64,000 nt of DNA from positions 888-64,887 of IMG/VR virus record IMGVR_UViG_3300037475_000162; one strand, given 5' to 3'. Below the pieces are notes generated by a model. It searched no databases and was not told the DNA's origin. It saw only the letters and a list, made by a program, of their open reading frames with translations. Shown here one piece after another: positions 27,331 through 36,347 of this stretch. This stretch comes from a virus (lineage: Duplodnaviria; Caudoviricetes). Every line of letters starts with the position of its first letter. Within the stretch, counting starts at the first letter, position 1. The translations under genes were made by a program, and so were the position numbers.

Positions 27331-28764
27331 GTGCCCTGCCCGGAGACAACGACGGTGTTTGATCGCGTGTACCTCATCAATCTGGAGAGCCGGCCCGACC
27401 GCCTGGAGGCGTTCCGCGAGCGGCAGAAACTGCGCGGCTGGAAACTACCCGACCCCATCGTTTATCCGGCGATCCACGGGGACACGGTGGGGGCGCCGAA
27501 GCGGTTCACCGAGGGGGGCGGGGCGCACGGATGCCGGCAGAGCCATGTTCGCATCCTTGAGGACTGCCTCATGGACGGCGTCGAGAGCGTGCTTGTGATG
27601 GAGGACGACGCCGAGTGGTTTGACGAGGTGTGGCTGCGCCTGGAGTCGTTCTTGAAAGTGGTTCCCGCCGATTGGGACTGTCTCATGCTGGGCGGCTGGC
27701 ACGAGCGGCCGTCCACGCCGGTCGGGCCGGGCGTCTGCCGGGCGGTGAAGGTGGGAGGAACCCACGCCTACGCCGTGCGCGGCCGGGCCATGAAATCCTT
27801 GCTTGCTCTGTGGTACGACTGCACGGTGCATATCGACTGGGCGATGAGCGACCACTGGCAGAAGAAATGGAACACCTACTGCCCGACGCCCTTCCTGTTC
27901 GGGCAGGGGGCGGGCCGCAGCGACATCAGCGGCCGATCGCGACTTCAGCCGCAGTTCGGCGGCCCCGCCGCGCCCATCGCCGCAGTTCCCGGCGATCGCG
28001 TCTACAGCCACGCCGGGGACTGCGGCGATCTGATTGCCGCGCTGCCCGTACTGGCGGCGCGGCCGGGCGCGCTGCGGCTGGTGCAGCACGCCTGCACGGG
28101 CAAGCGCATGACCCGCGACCGGGTCGAATCGCTGCGGCCCTTGCTCGAAGCGCAGAGCTACGTTCGCGGCGTCGAGTGGGCCGACGCCTACGACGGCGAG
28201 CGCCTCGACAAGGGAATCCGCCAGTATTACCAGCCGCATTTGAACATCGCGGACATGCAATGTGACGCCTTCCACGTCGCCCACTGGCCGCGCGGGAAAC
28301 CGTGGCTCCGCGTGCCAGAGGTGCGCAAGGTCGCCCGCGTGGCCCTGGCCCGCAGCGCCCGCTACCACACCGCCGCCTTCCCGTGGAAAGAGGTGCTGGC
28401 GAAGTACGGGTCGGAGGCTGTGTTTCTCGGGACCGTCCAGGAGCATGCGGCGTTCTGCGCGGAGGTGGGGCCAGTCCCCTACCATCCCACGGCCGACTTC
28501 CTGGCGCTGGCGGAAGTGATTGCCGGCGCGGAACTGGTCGCCGTGAACCAGACGGCGATCTTCTGGCTGGCGGAGGGATTGAAAAAGCCCGTGCTGCTGG
28601 AAGTCTTCCCCCCGGCCGACAACTGCAACTTCGCCCGGCCGGCCCACGTCCACGGCCTGTCGGAGGGCGCATTGCCGGAGATCGAGGATCTTGCGGCGGC
28701 GAACGTCGCCACGCCCCCGGCGGTTGTGCGGACGGGGCGGCGGGTGATCGGAGGCGCCCCATGA
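27331..28764 (+). CDS. Two-domain glycosyltransferase (GT25-like plus GT9/heptosyltransferase-like)
   Basis: VYLINLESRPDR, GCRQSH, LVMEDDA, GTHAY, HID (GT25); GDCGDLI and LAEVIAGAELVAVNQT...LAEGLKKP (GT9-like). Confidence 0.85.
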   Translation: MPCPETTTVFDRVYLINLESRPDRLEAFRERQKLRGWKLPDPIVYPAIHGDTVGAPKRFTEGGGAHGCRQSHVRILEDCLMDGVESVLVMEDDAEWFDEVWLRLESFLKVVPADWDCLMLGGWHERPSTPVGPGVCRAVKVGGTHAYAVRGRAMKSLLALWYDCTVHIDWAMSDHWQKKWNTYCPTPFLFGQGAGRSDISGRSRLQPQFGGPAAPIAAVPGDRVYSHAGDCGDLIAALPVLAARPGALRLVQHACTGKRMTRDRVESLRPLLEAQSYVRGVEWADAYDGERLDKGIRQYYQPHLNIADMQCDAFHVAHWPRGKPWLRVPEVRKVARVALARSARYHTAAFPWKEVLAKYGSEAVFLGTVQEHAAFCAEVGPVPYHPTADFLALAEVIAGAELVAVNQTAIFWLAEGLKKPVLLEVFPPADNCNFARPAHVHGLSEGALPEIEDLAAANVATPPAVVRTGRRVIGGAP

Positions 28765-29882
28765 AGGCGGTCGTGGTCCTGGGAGCGGCAAGCAGCGGCA
28801 CGAAGATGCTCACGGAGTGCCTGGTGCGCGGCGGCTACTGGGGGGACTTCGGGTTCGAGCAGCGCCTGGACAGCCTGGATTTCGCCCAGGCGGGGAAGTG
28901 CGACATCGTCTTCCGCCGCAGCTATCCGCACGGCGAGGACTGGCCCGACCTGGCGGAGGTCGTGCAGCGCCTGCGCCGGGCCGGTTACGAGGATGTCGAG
29001 CCGTGCGTGGTCCAGCGCGACCGGGAGTGCGCGGCGCGGTCGCAGGTGCGCATGGGACACAGCCCGAGCCTTGCCGAGGCGCGGCGGAAGGTGGACCAGG
29101 CGACGGCGCTGATCCTCCGGCAGATCGCCGCCTGCGGGGCGGTCCCCCACGTCGTGAGCTACGAGGCGTTTGTCGCGGACGCCCAGGTGCGCGACGCCTT
29201 CTGCGCCCGCTTCCGGATCGCCCCGCCGGAGATGGATTTCCGCGACGAGAACCAGAAGTATCAGGCCGGGTCAACGGCCTTCGACGTGGCCGAATACTTC
29301 TGGGACCGCGACCCCTGGCCGGGCAACGATCCCACGGTGGACTGGCGGCGGCTCTATCAGGAGAAGCACCGGCTCGCCGTGTTGCTCCAGCCGCAGAGCG
29401 TGGCCGAGATCGGCGTGCGGGCGGGCTATTCGGCGGCGGCGTTCCTGGCGGCCGGGGCGGCCGGGGCGATGTCTTACACGGGCTTCGACCGGGGCGACAC
29501 GGGCGGCTGGGGCGGCACTCCGGGGGCGCTGGCGCACGCCCGGCGCATGCTGCCGGAGCGGTTCCCCGGCGCGGCCGTCGCGATCACCGAATGCGACACG
29601 CAGAAGGTCGCGGAACTGTCGGCGCGGGACGTGGACCTCTTTCACGTCGATGGGGACCACTCGCGAGACGGTTGCCTCCGGGATCTGGAGCTGGCCCTGG
29701 CGTGCCGGCCCCGGTGGATCCTGGTGGACGACTGCACTCACCACGCCGACACGGTGGGCCGGGCCGTCGCGGCGTTTCTCCAGCGGCACGCGCTGCCGCA
29801 TGTCATGCTGGACACCGTGCGCGGCGACTGCCTCATGCAGGTTTGCCCGGCGACTGGAAAACGGCGCAGGATCGAGGGGTGA
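28761..29882 (+). CDS. Sulfotransferase-like domain fused to a class I SAM methyltransferase
   Basis: VVVLGAASSGTKML, VQRD and VSYEAFV (sulfotransferase-like); EIGVRAGYS, FHVDGDHS and LVDD (Methyltransf_24-like). Confidence 0.75.
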   Translation: MKAVVVLGAASSGTKMLTECLVRGGYWGDFGFEQRLDSLDFAQAGKCDIVFRRSYPHGEDWPDLAEVVQRLRRAGYEDVEPCVVQRDRECAARSQVRMGHSPSLAEARRKVDQATALILRQIAACGAVPHVVSYEAFVADAQVRDAFCARFRIAPPEMDFRDENQKYQAGSTAFDVAEYFWDRDPWPGNDPTVDWRRLYQEKHRLAVLLQPQSVAEIGVRAGYSAAAFLAAGAAGAMSYTGFDRGDTGGWGGTPGALAHARRMLPERFPGAAVAITECDTQKVAELSARDVDLFHVDGDHSRDGCLRDLELALACRPRWILVDDCTHHADTVGRAVAAFLQRHALPHVMLDTVRGDCLMQVCPATGKRRRIEG

Positions 29883-29892
29883 GGGACAAACC

Positions 29893-30342
29893 ATGAGTGA
29901 TACAGACCTTCTCACGCTCATCAAGGCCACGCCGGCGCTGCGGGCGCTCGCGGATTCCGGGCAGGACAACACCCTGGCGGCGGCGGTGCCGAGCTACGCC
30001 ACGACAGCCGTTCCCGCGCCCTTCAGTGCGGCGCAGATCATGGGGGCCGTCAGCGCGGCCAGCCGCAAGGCCATCGTCTCCAGCGGCGTCTATCTCGGCA
30101 TTCAGCAGACGATCGCCGCGCAGGACCGCACGGCGGCGGCGGCGGAAACCGCCCTCTGCGCCAGCACGGGATTGATCACCGCCGACGAGGCGACGGCCAT
30201 CATGGCGATCCTCGCCGCCACGGTGACAACGCCGGATACTTCCGTGACGCATCAGCAGGCGTCGCGCGTGCTGGCGCCGCTGCGGGCGAGGGACGAGGGC
30301 GGCAGCGTCCGGGCCGCGCCGATCGACTGGAGCGCCGCGTGA
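29893..30342 (+). CDS. Hypothetical virion protein
   Basis: GAGGGA ribosome-binding site. Confidence 0.6.
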   Translation: MSDTDLLTLIKATPALRALADSGQDNTLAAAVPSYATTAVPAPFSAAQIMGAVSAASRKAIVSSGVYLGIQQTIAAQDRTAAAAETALCASTGLITADEATAIMAILAATVTTPDTSVTHQQASRVLAPLRARDEGGSVRAAPIDWSAA

Positions 30343-30770
30343 GAATCCACACGCGGCAAACCATGTTCGCCCAGAGCGACGGACCCGCCGGCTCGCTGGC
30401 CGTAACGCTGGCCAGCCCGACGACGGTCGGCAACGCGGTGCAGGTGTACCTGCGGTTCTCGCCACTCACGGGGACGCCGACGCTCATGGACAGCTTCGGC
30501 AACCCGTACACGCGCACGGCAATCTTTACGCTTGTCGATGGCGAGGCGATGGGGTTCTGGCTCGCCGATATCGTGCGCGGCGGGGCCTATCACACGCTGA
30601 CCATCAGCTCACAGGGCGGGTCGCAGAACCTGGAGTGCGCCTTCAGCGAGCTCGCCACGGCAGGACACGGCGAGCAGCACAGCGAGCGGGAAATCCTGCT
30701 CGCGATCCTCGGAGAGTCTTCCCAGCAAACGGCGCTGCTTCAGCGCCTTGTGACAGCCGAAAGGGCGTAA
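30339..30770 (+). CDS. Hypothetical protein
   Basis: GTGA overlap. Confidence 0.55.
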   Translation: MRIHTRQTMFAQSDGPAGSLAVTLASPTTVGNAVQVYLRFSPLTGTPTLMDSFGNPYTRTAIFTLVDGEAMGFWLADIVRGGAYHTLTISSQGGSQNLECAFSELATAGHGEQHSEREILLAILGESSQQTALLQRLVTAERA

Positions 30771-30771
30771 C

Positions 30772-31248
30772 ATGACGATTCCCGCATACAGTCCGGTCCC
30801 GGTCAACAATGCCAGCATCGTGAGCTTCATCACGACCGATCCGCTTTCCCTGGGCCTGGCGGCGATCCGCACGGCCAGCCCGGGGGCCGACGCGCCGCTG
30901 CTGGCCGTGCTGACGCCGGCCGGGGCGAGCTATCCGGTTCCCAGCAGTCCGATCACGGCGGCGGCGCTCCTGGATCTCGTCAACGCAGGCGAGTTCAGCA
31001 GCATGACCAACGCCGAATTGACCCAGCTCCAGACGCTCCTGACGGCGGGGTCGATCAACGTGGGAACGGCGCCCGCCCAGGCGAAGCTGAATTCCCTCTT
31101 CGCCGACTTCCCCACCTCCCTCGCGGCGATCCGGGCGACGTACACGCGCAACGGCTCGCCGTGGGAATACTGGTTCGGCGCGGGGGCCGCGCCGACGACC
31201 AGCATCCTCGACGCGGCGCGGAACAGCGGCGGCGGGAGCCAGTTCTGA
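30772..31248 (+). CDS. Hypothetical virion protein
   Basis: Tight operon spacing. Confidence 0.6.
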   Translation: MTIPAYSPVPVNNASIVSFITTDPLSLGLAAIRTASPGADAPLLAVLTPAGASYPVPSSPITAAALLDLVNAGEFSSMTNAELTQLQTLLTAGSINVGTAPAQAKLNSLFADFPTSLAAIRATYTRNGSPWEYWFGAGAAPTTSILDAARNSGGGSQF

Positions 31249-31286
31249 TTCCGGTCTGGCGGAAATAACACCACGGGAGATAGAAA

Positions 31287-31760
31287 ATGGCCGCCGTGCC
31301 GACGCTTGAAGGGCTACTCAACAGCGCAAATCCGCAAACCGTCGTCACAGGCGCGAACCTTAACGCGCTTTCGAGCGGCAGTTTCGTGCTGGGCGCTGCG
31401 TTCAGCAACGTCACGGCCGACGGCAAGGGCGGCGGGTTCCCGTGGGCCTACGCACAACTGCACCTGGACTCGATGACGGTGTCGGCCGGCGGGGCGGTCA
31501 GCGGCTGGTTTCTCACCGCGCCCGACGGCAGCACCTACGAGCAGGGCGGGACGGGGGTGCAACCAAACCGCCCCTTCGACTTCAACTTCACCCCGGTCGC
31601 GCAAACGGCGGCCGTGGACGTGGACCAGCTGGTGCGCGTGCCGATCTGCGCGAACATCAAGGTGCTGCTGTGGAACAACAGCCTGGGGGCGGCGACGCCT
31701 TCCAACACCAATGGCTATCTGAAATTATGGTACGTCACCGAGATGCTGCCGACGGTGTAA
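31287..31760 (+). CDS. Hypothetical beta-sandwich virion protein
   Basis: GGGAG ribosome-binding site; beta-rich. Confidence 0.6.
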   Translation: MAAVPTLEGLLNSANPQTVVTGANLNALSSGSFVLGAAFSNVTADGKGGGFPWAYAQLHLDSMTVSAGGAVSGWFLTAPDGSTYEQGGTGVQPNRPFDFNFTPVAQTAAVDVDQLVRVPICANIKVLLWNNSLGAATPSNTNGYLKLWYVTEMLPTV

Positions 31761-31763
31761 GCC

Positions 31764-32618
31764 ATGACCAACGACCTTTACCCTGACCGCTTCAACCGGG
31801 ATGAGTTCGGCCTGATCGACGGCGAGCAGCCGATCGACTGGACAAACCGCCTGAATGACGGGCTCGTCTTCGCCCCGGCGATCGGGCAGGCGCCGCCGGG
31901 GTGGACCGGCTCGCCGACGACCGTTTTCGACATGGTTCGCGGCGGAAAGACGCCAAACGACGGCGTGATTCACGGCGGCGTGACGTGGCAGCCGGGGCCG
32001 TTCGGGTCGTGCCTGGCGTTTGATGGGAGTACAGAGTATGTGAGTATCCCAGATTCGCCGTCGCTGCGTCCAGCGCAAATTTCTCTGGCGCTGTGGACCT
32101 GCTCTTTTAGCTATTCCACGCTAACCGTGCTGTGCGGAAAACAGCGCTCGGGCAGCCTTTTCCCCACGTCAGCCAGCTACGGCCTGGTTTTTCGCACCGG
32201 ACCGGCGCGCATGACTTTTACGATATGCGACGGGTCGGACAACGAATATTATGCCGCGTCCACGGGTCAGGTTACGGGTGTGTGGCAACACTGGGTGGGA
32301 ACGTATGACGGGACCACGCAAAAACTGTATCTGGACGGAGTCCTGCAAGATATGCAGTCGCAAGGAATAGCGATTGCTCAAACGGCAAGCAAGCCTTTCC
32401 TGGTGGGTGGGTACACGCCCATTGGTATGTTGACGATTCCGAATTTCCCGTTCAACGGTTCCCTGGACGGCCTCCGCATCTTCTCCCGCGCCCTCTCGCC
32501 CGCCGAGATCGCCCAGGACTACGCCGACCCGTTCCGCTGGTGCCGGCGTGGGCGGCGGGTGCTGCGGGGGGCGGCGGCAAGCGGATTGCTGCTCAGGCGA
32601 CGGAGGGCGATGGCATGA
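31764..32618 (+). CDS. LamG/concanavalin-A-like lectin domain protein, candidate receptor binding
   Basis: LAFDGSTEYV, WQHWVGTYDG..KLYLDG and FNGSLDGLRIFSRALSPAEI. Confidence 0.85.
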   Translation: MTNDLYPDRFNRDEFGLIDGEQPIDWTNRLNDGLVFAPAIGQAPPGWTGSPTTVFDMVRGGKTPNDGVIHGGVTWQPGPFGSCLAFDGSTEYVSIPDSPSLRPAQISLALWTCSFSYSTLTVLCGKQRSGSLFPTSASYGLVFRTGPARMTFTICDGSDNEYYAASTGQVTGVWQHWVGTYDGTTQKLYLDGVLQDMQSQGIAIAQTASKPFLVGGYTPIGMLTIPNFPFNGSLDGLRIFSRALSPAEIAQDYADPFRWCRRGRRVLRGAAASGLLLRRRRAMA

Positions 32619-33445
32619 TCCACTCGCTGAACGCGACAAGCCAATCAATTGATGTCCAGATCGTGGACGACGCCGGCTTACCAGTTCTCGGCCTGGTCGC
32701 CGCAACCTTCCCGGCCGTGATGTACTCGCTGGCCGGCGCAAACGCGGACGTATCCGTCACGCTCTCGGACCTGGCGACGATCACGACGGCCTGGAGCGCC
32801 GGCGGGGTGAAGGAGCGGGCCAACGGGGTCTATCGCCTCGATCTGCCGGATGCCGCGTTCGCCGCGGCCGGCGAGGTGAAGGTGTTCGGCGAGACGAGCG
32901 GCAAGCACCTGCTCAGTCCGTGGATCGACGTTGGCGTGCTGCCAGCGAATATCACCGCCTTGCTCATCACCAGCAGCGGACACATTGCGAATGTGGACAC
33001 GCTCGCGACCTACACCGGCAACACGGTGCAGACCGGCGACGCCTACGCGGCCGTCACGGCGCTTGGCGCCCGCCTCAACGCCGGCAGCGTGCAGTACGTC
33101 GGCCCGGCCGTCGGCGTCGGCGGTGCAGTGAAGCTGTACCAGGGCAGCGCCAACCTCATCGCGCTGGGAAACCCGATCGGCCCCATCCCGATTCCGCTGG
33201 CGGTGCAGGACCTGACCGGATACCTGCCGTCGGCAATCCAGATGCGATGGCAGGGGGTGACGCTGACAGCAAGCGCCATCACCTCGCCGGGGACGAGCAA
33301 TCAGAGCGTCACCTTCGAGGCGAATTCCATCGCCACGGCCGCAATGCAGCCCGACGTAACCACGTACTTCATCTGGGCGCTGTCCGGCACAACGTCGAAT
33401 CGGCTCGACGTGACCGGCACGATTCAGATAGTAGCGACCATCTAG
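32615..33445 (+). CDS. Hypothetical virion/baseplate-like protein
   Basis: ATGA overlap; GVYRLDLPDAAFA; Thr-rich. Confidence 0.6.
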   Translation: MIHSLNATSQSIDVQIVDDAGLPVLGLVAATFPAVMYSLAGANADVSVTLSDLATITTAWSAGGVKERANGVYRLDLPDAAFAAAGEVKVFGETSGKHLLSPWIDVGVLPANITALLITSSGHIANVDTLATYTGNTVQTGDAYAAVTALGARLNAGSVQYVGPAVGVGGAVKLYQGSANLIALGNPIGPIPIPLAVQDLTGYLPSAIQMRWQGVTLTASAITSPGTSNQSVTFEANSIATAAMQPDVTTYFIWALSGTTSNRLDVTGTIQIVATI

Positions 33446-33477
33446 CAGACGCTTCACCCTTTTGCAGGAGCATCATC

Positions 33478-33708
33478 ATGGCAGCCATTCCGCAGACAAT
33501 CCTCGACGCACTCTCTTCGGTCCAGTCCGACGCCGACGCGCTCGCCTCCGCCGTCGCCGCCGACCAGTCGGCCGACGCAGCGCTCGCCGCGGCGCAGGCC
33601 AACAAGCAGGGCACGGCCGCTGCCGTGGTCGCGGCGAAATCGCACCTGGCGACGGACCTCGGCGCGCTGATCGGCCTGGAGCAGCAGACCTACGCGCCGC
33701 CTGCGTAA
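33478..33708 (+). CDS. Small Ala-rich helical protein
   Basis: AGGAG ribosome-binding site. Confidence 0.55.
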   Translation: MAAIPQTILDALSSVQSDADALASAVAADQSADAALAAAQANKQGTAAAVVAAKSHLATDLGALIGLEQQTYAPPA

Positions 33709-33775
33709 CAGACGCTGTCGCAGAGGCGCTGAATCAGGTATCATCGGGACATCGGACACAGAGAGGTGAACCGCC

Positions 33776-34057
33776 ATGAGCACCGACAAGAGCGGAGCGG
33801 GCGCGCCTGCGCCGGACGGAGCCGTTCTGCTGCGCGGCGTGGAGGAGCCGGCGGCCGTGCAGCAGCGATGCGAGGACGCCCTGCCCGAGCGGCTGACCGT
33901 GGCTGGCCTGGGAGCGACGGCGGTGATCTGCGTGGCGTGCATCGGCGTCGCCAACGTCGTCGGCCGCGAGGCCTCGCCCATGCTGGAGCGGCTGGCCACG
34001 GCGGCGATGTGTTTGCTCGGCGGGTACCTGAGCCGGACGATGAAGCAGGGGAAGTAA
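33776..34057 (+). CDS. Small two-TM protein (holin-like)
   Basis: GAGGTG ribosome-binding site; two hydrophobic segments and a basic C-terminus. Confidence 0.45.
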   Translation: MSTDKSGAGAPAPDGAVLLRGVEEPAAVQQRCEDALPERLTVAGLGATAVICVACIGVANVVGREASPMLERLATAAMCLLGGYLSRTMKQGK

Positions 34058-34074
34058 GAGGATGGAGCGAAGCA

Positions 34075-34338
34075 ATGAACCTCACGCCGGATCGCATCTG
34101 CTGGCTGGCGGCGATTGTCGGAACGATTGCCGCCCCGGTCAACATGCTGGGCCTGTGCGTCGCCTTGCATCTGGGGAGCCGGCCCTGGGCCGTCGTGGAG
34201 GCTGTCGCCTTTGTGGGCGGAGCATGGGGCGCGATCGTCGCGATTGACGAACTGAAAGAACGATGCGTGACGCGATTTTGGGCGCAGATGAAGGAACTGC
34301 ACGACCCACGCATCGGCGCCCGGGAATCCGAGGAATGA
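34075..34338 (+). CDS. Small membrane protein
   Basis: GGAG ribosome-binding site; two hydrophobic segments. Confidence 0.5.
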   Translation: MNLTPDRICWLAAIVGTIAAPVNMLGLCVALHLGSRPWAVVEAVAFVGGAWGAIVAIDELKERCVTRFWAQMKELHDPRIGARESEE

Positions 34339-34438
34339 AACGGGCCGCCCGTCGCAGTGAACGACCGGCGGCCCAGAGTACGCGAGCCCGACAGGCTCTT
34401 TCAGGGATAATACCACCCCGCAAGGAGCTTGACAAGCC

Positions 34439-35047
34439 ATGAGCGACGTCAGTGAACCGATCTTCGGCGGCGACGAGCCGAGCACGGCGGAAGTGATCGC
34501 CGGCTACATGCGCCGCGCCCGCCGCGAATCCATCGAGCGGACCCGGCGGATTTCGCCTGCCGCGCCGGTTGCCGCCGCGCCTGCGCCGTCCGCCGTGCGG
34601 AGCTGGAGCAGGCGCCTGTACCTGGCTCCGATTCTGCTCGTGCTGACGGGCGTGGTGCTGCTGGAGGCGCGGGGCTGCACGGCAGGCGGGGCCCCAGTCC
34701 CGAGGAAGAAGGCCGCGCCGCCGGCGAAGGCGCTGACGGCTGACGACCTGGGCGGCGAATGGTCGGTGATGTGGGACGGGAACGATGGACGCATGAGTTT
34801 CGGCATCGGCGGGGTGTACAGCCACGGCGACGGCGGATATCTGTTTGTCGGCCGCTGGGAGGTGCGAGACGGCCGGCTCTACGTCGTCGAGGCGATGCTC
34901 CGCTCTGACGGCAGTTACGGGGCGTGGGTGGAGTGGTCGAGCGCGCCGGTGAAGGACGGCGCCGGATGGAAGGGCGCGGCGGAGGGAGCGTATCCCGGGG
35001 CAAGGTGGTCGCTGAGTCCGCCGGCGAAGATCAAGCCCGACGCCTGA
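34439..35047 (+). CDS. Membrane-anchored protein with a Trp/Gly-rich beta domain
   Basis: AAGGAG ribosome-binding site; TM LYLAPILLVLTGVVLL. Confidence 0.55.
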   Translation: MSDVSEPIFGGDEPSTAEVIAGYMRRARRESIERTRRISPAAPVAAAPAPSAVRSWSRRLYLAPILLVLTGVVLLEARGCTAGGAPVPRKKAAPPAKALTADDLGGEWSVMWDGNDGRMSFGIGGVYSHGDGGYLFVGRWEVRDGRLYVVEAMLRSDGSYGAWVEWSSAPVKDGAGWKGAAEGAYPGARWSLSPPAKIKPDA

Positions 35048-35063
35048 GCGGCGCGCAACAGAA

Positions 35064-35092
35064 AGGGGCGCAGGTATCAAACCTGCGCCCCT
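35064..35092. terminator. Stem-loop between convergent genes
   Basis: AGGGGCGCAGGT-ATCAA-ACCTGCGCCCCT, 12-bp perfect stem. Confidence 0.6.
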
Positions 35093-35111
35093 CTGCGTTC
35101 TGCCCCGACGG

Positions 35112-35309
35112 TCAGTTCGCGACCGCCGCCTTCGCCGGCTTCGCCCTCGCGTGGCCGTTGCTTCCGGCTTTCTTCGCGGCATTCTTCGCGCCGGCAAGCT
35201 GCTCCTTCGCCTCGGCGAGGTCGCGGGTGATCGCGCCGAGCTGGTCGCGGCACGCTTCGCGGCGAGTGGACAGGCGCTCGACCTTCTTCGTCAACTGCTT
35301 CACGGACAT
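35112..35309 (-). CDS. Small basic coiled-coil protein
   Basis: AGGGAG ribosome-binding site on the minus strand. Confidence 0.55.
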   Translation of the reverse strand: MSVKQLTKKVERLSTRREACRDQLGAITRDLAEAKEQLAGAKNAAKKAGSNGHARAKPAKAAVAN

Positions 35310-35433
35310 TGCTTCTCCCTTCGTGTCGTGATTCGGGGCGACGCGCTCGCGCGCGATGCGCCAGTGTACCCGGAGACAGCGGAGAGCGGAAGGCTGATTC
35401 CGCTACGAAGGTGGGCGCCGGAGGGCGGGAGGA

Positions 35434-35985
35434 TCACCATGACAGCCTTCCGTTGGCATCGATGTTGTACTCCGGCCGAAGAGTCCTCACGAAGTTCTCT
35501 TCCAGAGCTTCGTGCTGGCGAGGATGAGCCGGAAGGAAGAAGACGGAATCAAATCGCTTACGGCCCTCCCCGATGTGATTGAGCATCCGGCTGAAGAGGC
35601 AGACGGTCGCGCCAACGTATACGACAGCTCTCTTTCGACAGAGGAAGTAGACGCAGGGGATGCGCTGGATCAGCGAAGCCTGCATGAGGCCCTCGACGCT
35701 GGCCAGTTCACGCGGGGCGTTCTCGTTCGCCGGCTCGGAAGGGTCAACGAAATTCAGGACGTCAACCCGTTCGACAACCAGCGTGCCGGGAACGTATCGG
35801 ACCTGGGTGGCGTGAAACCATTCCGAAAACTCGCGGAGACGAAAGTAACGATAGCGGCCGCCGACGATGTAGTGAGGACACTCGCCAGCGGCGCACCACT
35901 CCTCGAGGAGTTCGGGCGGAAGATGGAAGTGGGCAGCGATGTCGGAGAGGGGCAGAAGCTCTTTGCTTGACGCTTTGTGCGGCAT
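35434..35985 (-). CDS. Excisionase-type HTH fused to a GIY-YIG nuclease domain
   Basis: LLPLSDIAAHFHL...W...GECPHYIVGGRYRYF, then PCVYFL...VVYVGAT..L.SR..H...LE...RP.YN. Confidence 0.7.
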   Translation of the reverse strand: MPHKASSKELLPLSDIAAHFHLPPELLEEWCAAGECPHYIVGGRYRYFRLREFSEWFHATQVRYVPGTLVVERVDVLNFVDPSEPANENAPRELASVEGLMQASLIQRIPCVYFLCRKRAVVYVGATVCLFSRMLNHIGEGRKRFDSVFFLPAHPRQHEALEENFVRTLRPEYNIDANGRLSW

Positions 35986-36188
35986 GGAGAAACCCTCGCG
36001 CCGGGACTACCGCATTTCTACCGGAAACCCTTCGGTAGGTACAGGGAAAGTTATCGAGTTTTCTCGTCTTTCGGTCCGGTGAAATCTTGTTTGGCGCATA
36101 CCACTGAATACTGTATCCTCTTGTGGTTCGGCCGGTTGAGCAAACGGCGTTCATCCGGACGCGAACCGAAACGCTCGCGCGCCGCTCT

Positions 36189-36230
36189 TTCATACGGAGA
36201 AGGTCGCTGGTTCGATCCCAGCCATCGGCA
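36189..36230 (+). other. attP-like core: 3' half of a tRNA with a CAT anticodon (elongator Met or Ile2)
   Basis: TTCATAC loop, GGAGA, AGGTC, T-arm GCTGG-TTCGATC-CCAGC, acceptor strand CATCGGC-A; the 5' half (GCCGATG...) is absent upstream; 118 bp before the integrase. Confidence 0.8.
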
Positions 36231-36347
36231 CTAACTGAAAAGTCTTTCCACATAGTCACTTACATCATGACAGCGCGGCAGCCTACCGGCCTGGGAAAGA
36301 CGCGCGAATCGCGGTAGAATACCGAAGTCCCTGCCGGAGCCAGCCTC

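Noticed and set aside
36120..36233. Complete functional tRNA-Met gene
   Set aside because: No 5' acceptor strand (GCCGATG) or D arm upstream; better explained as an att core
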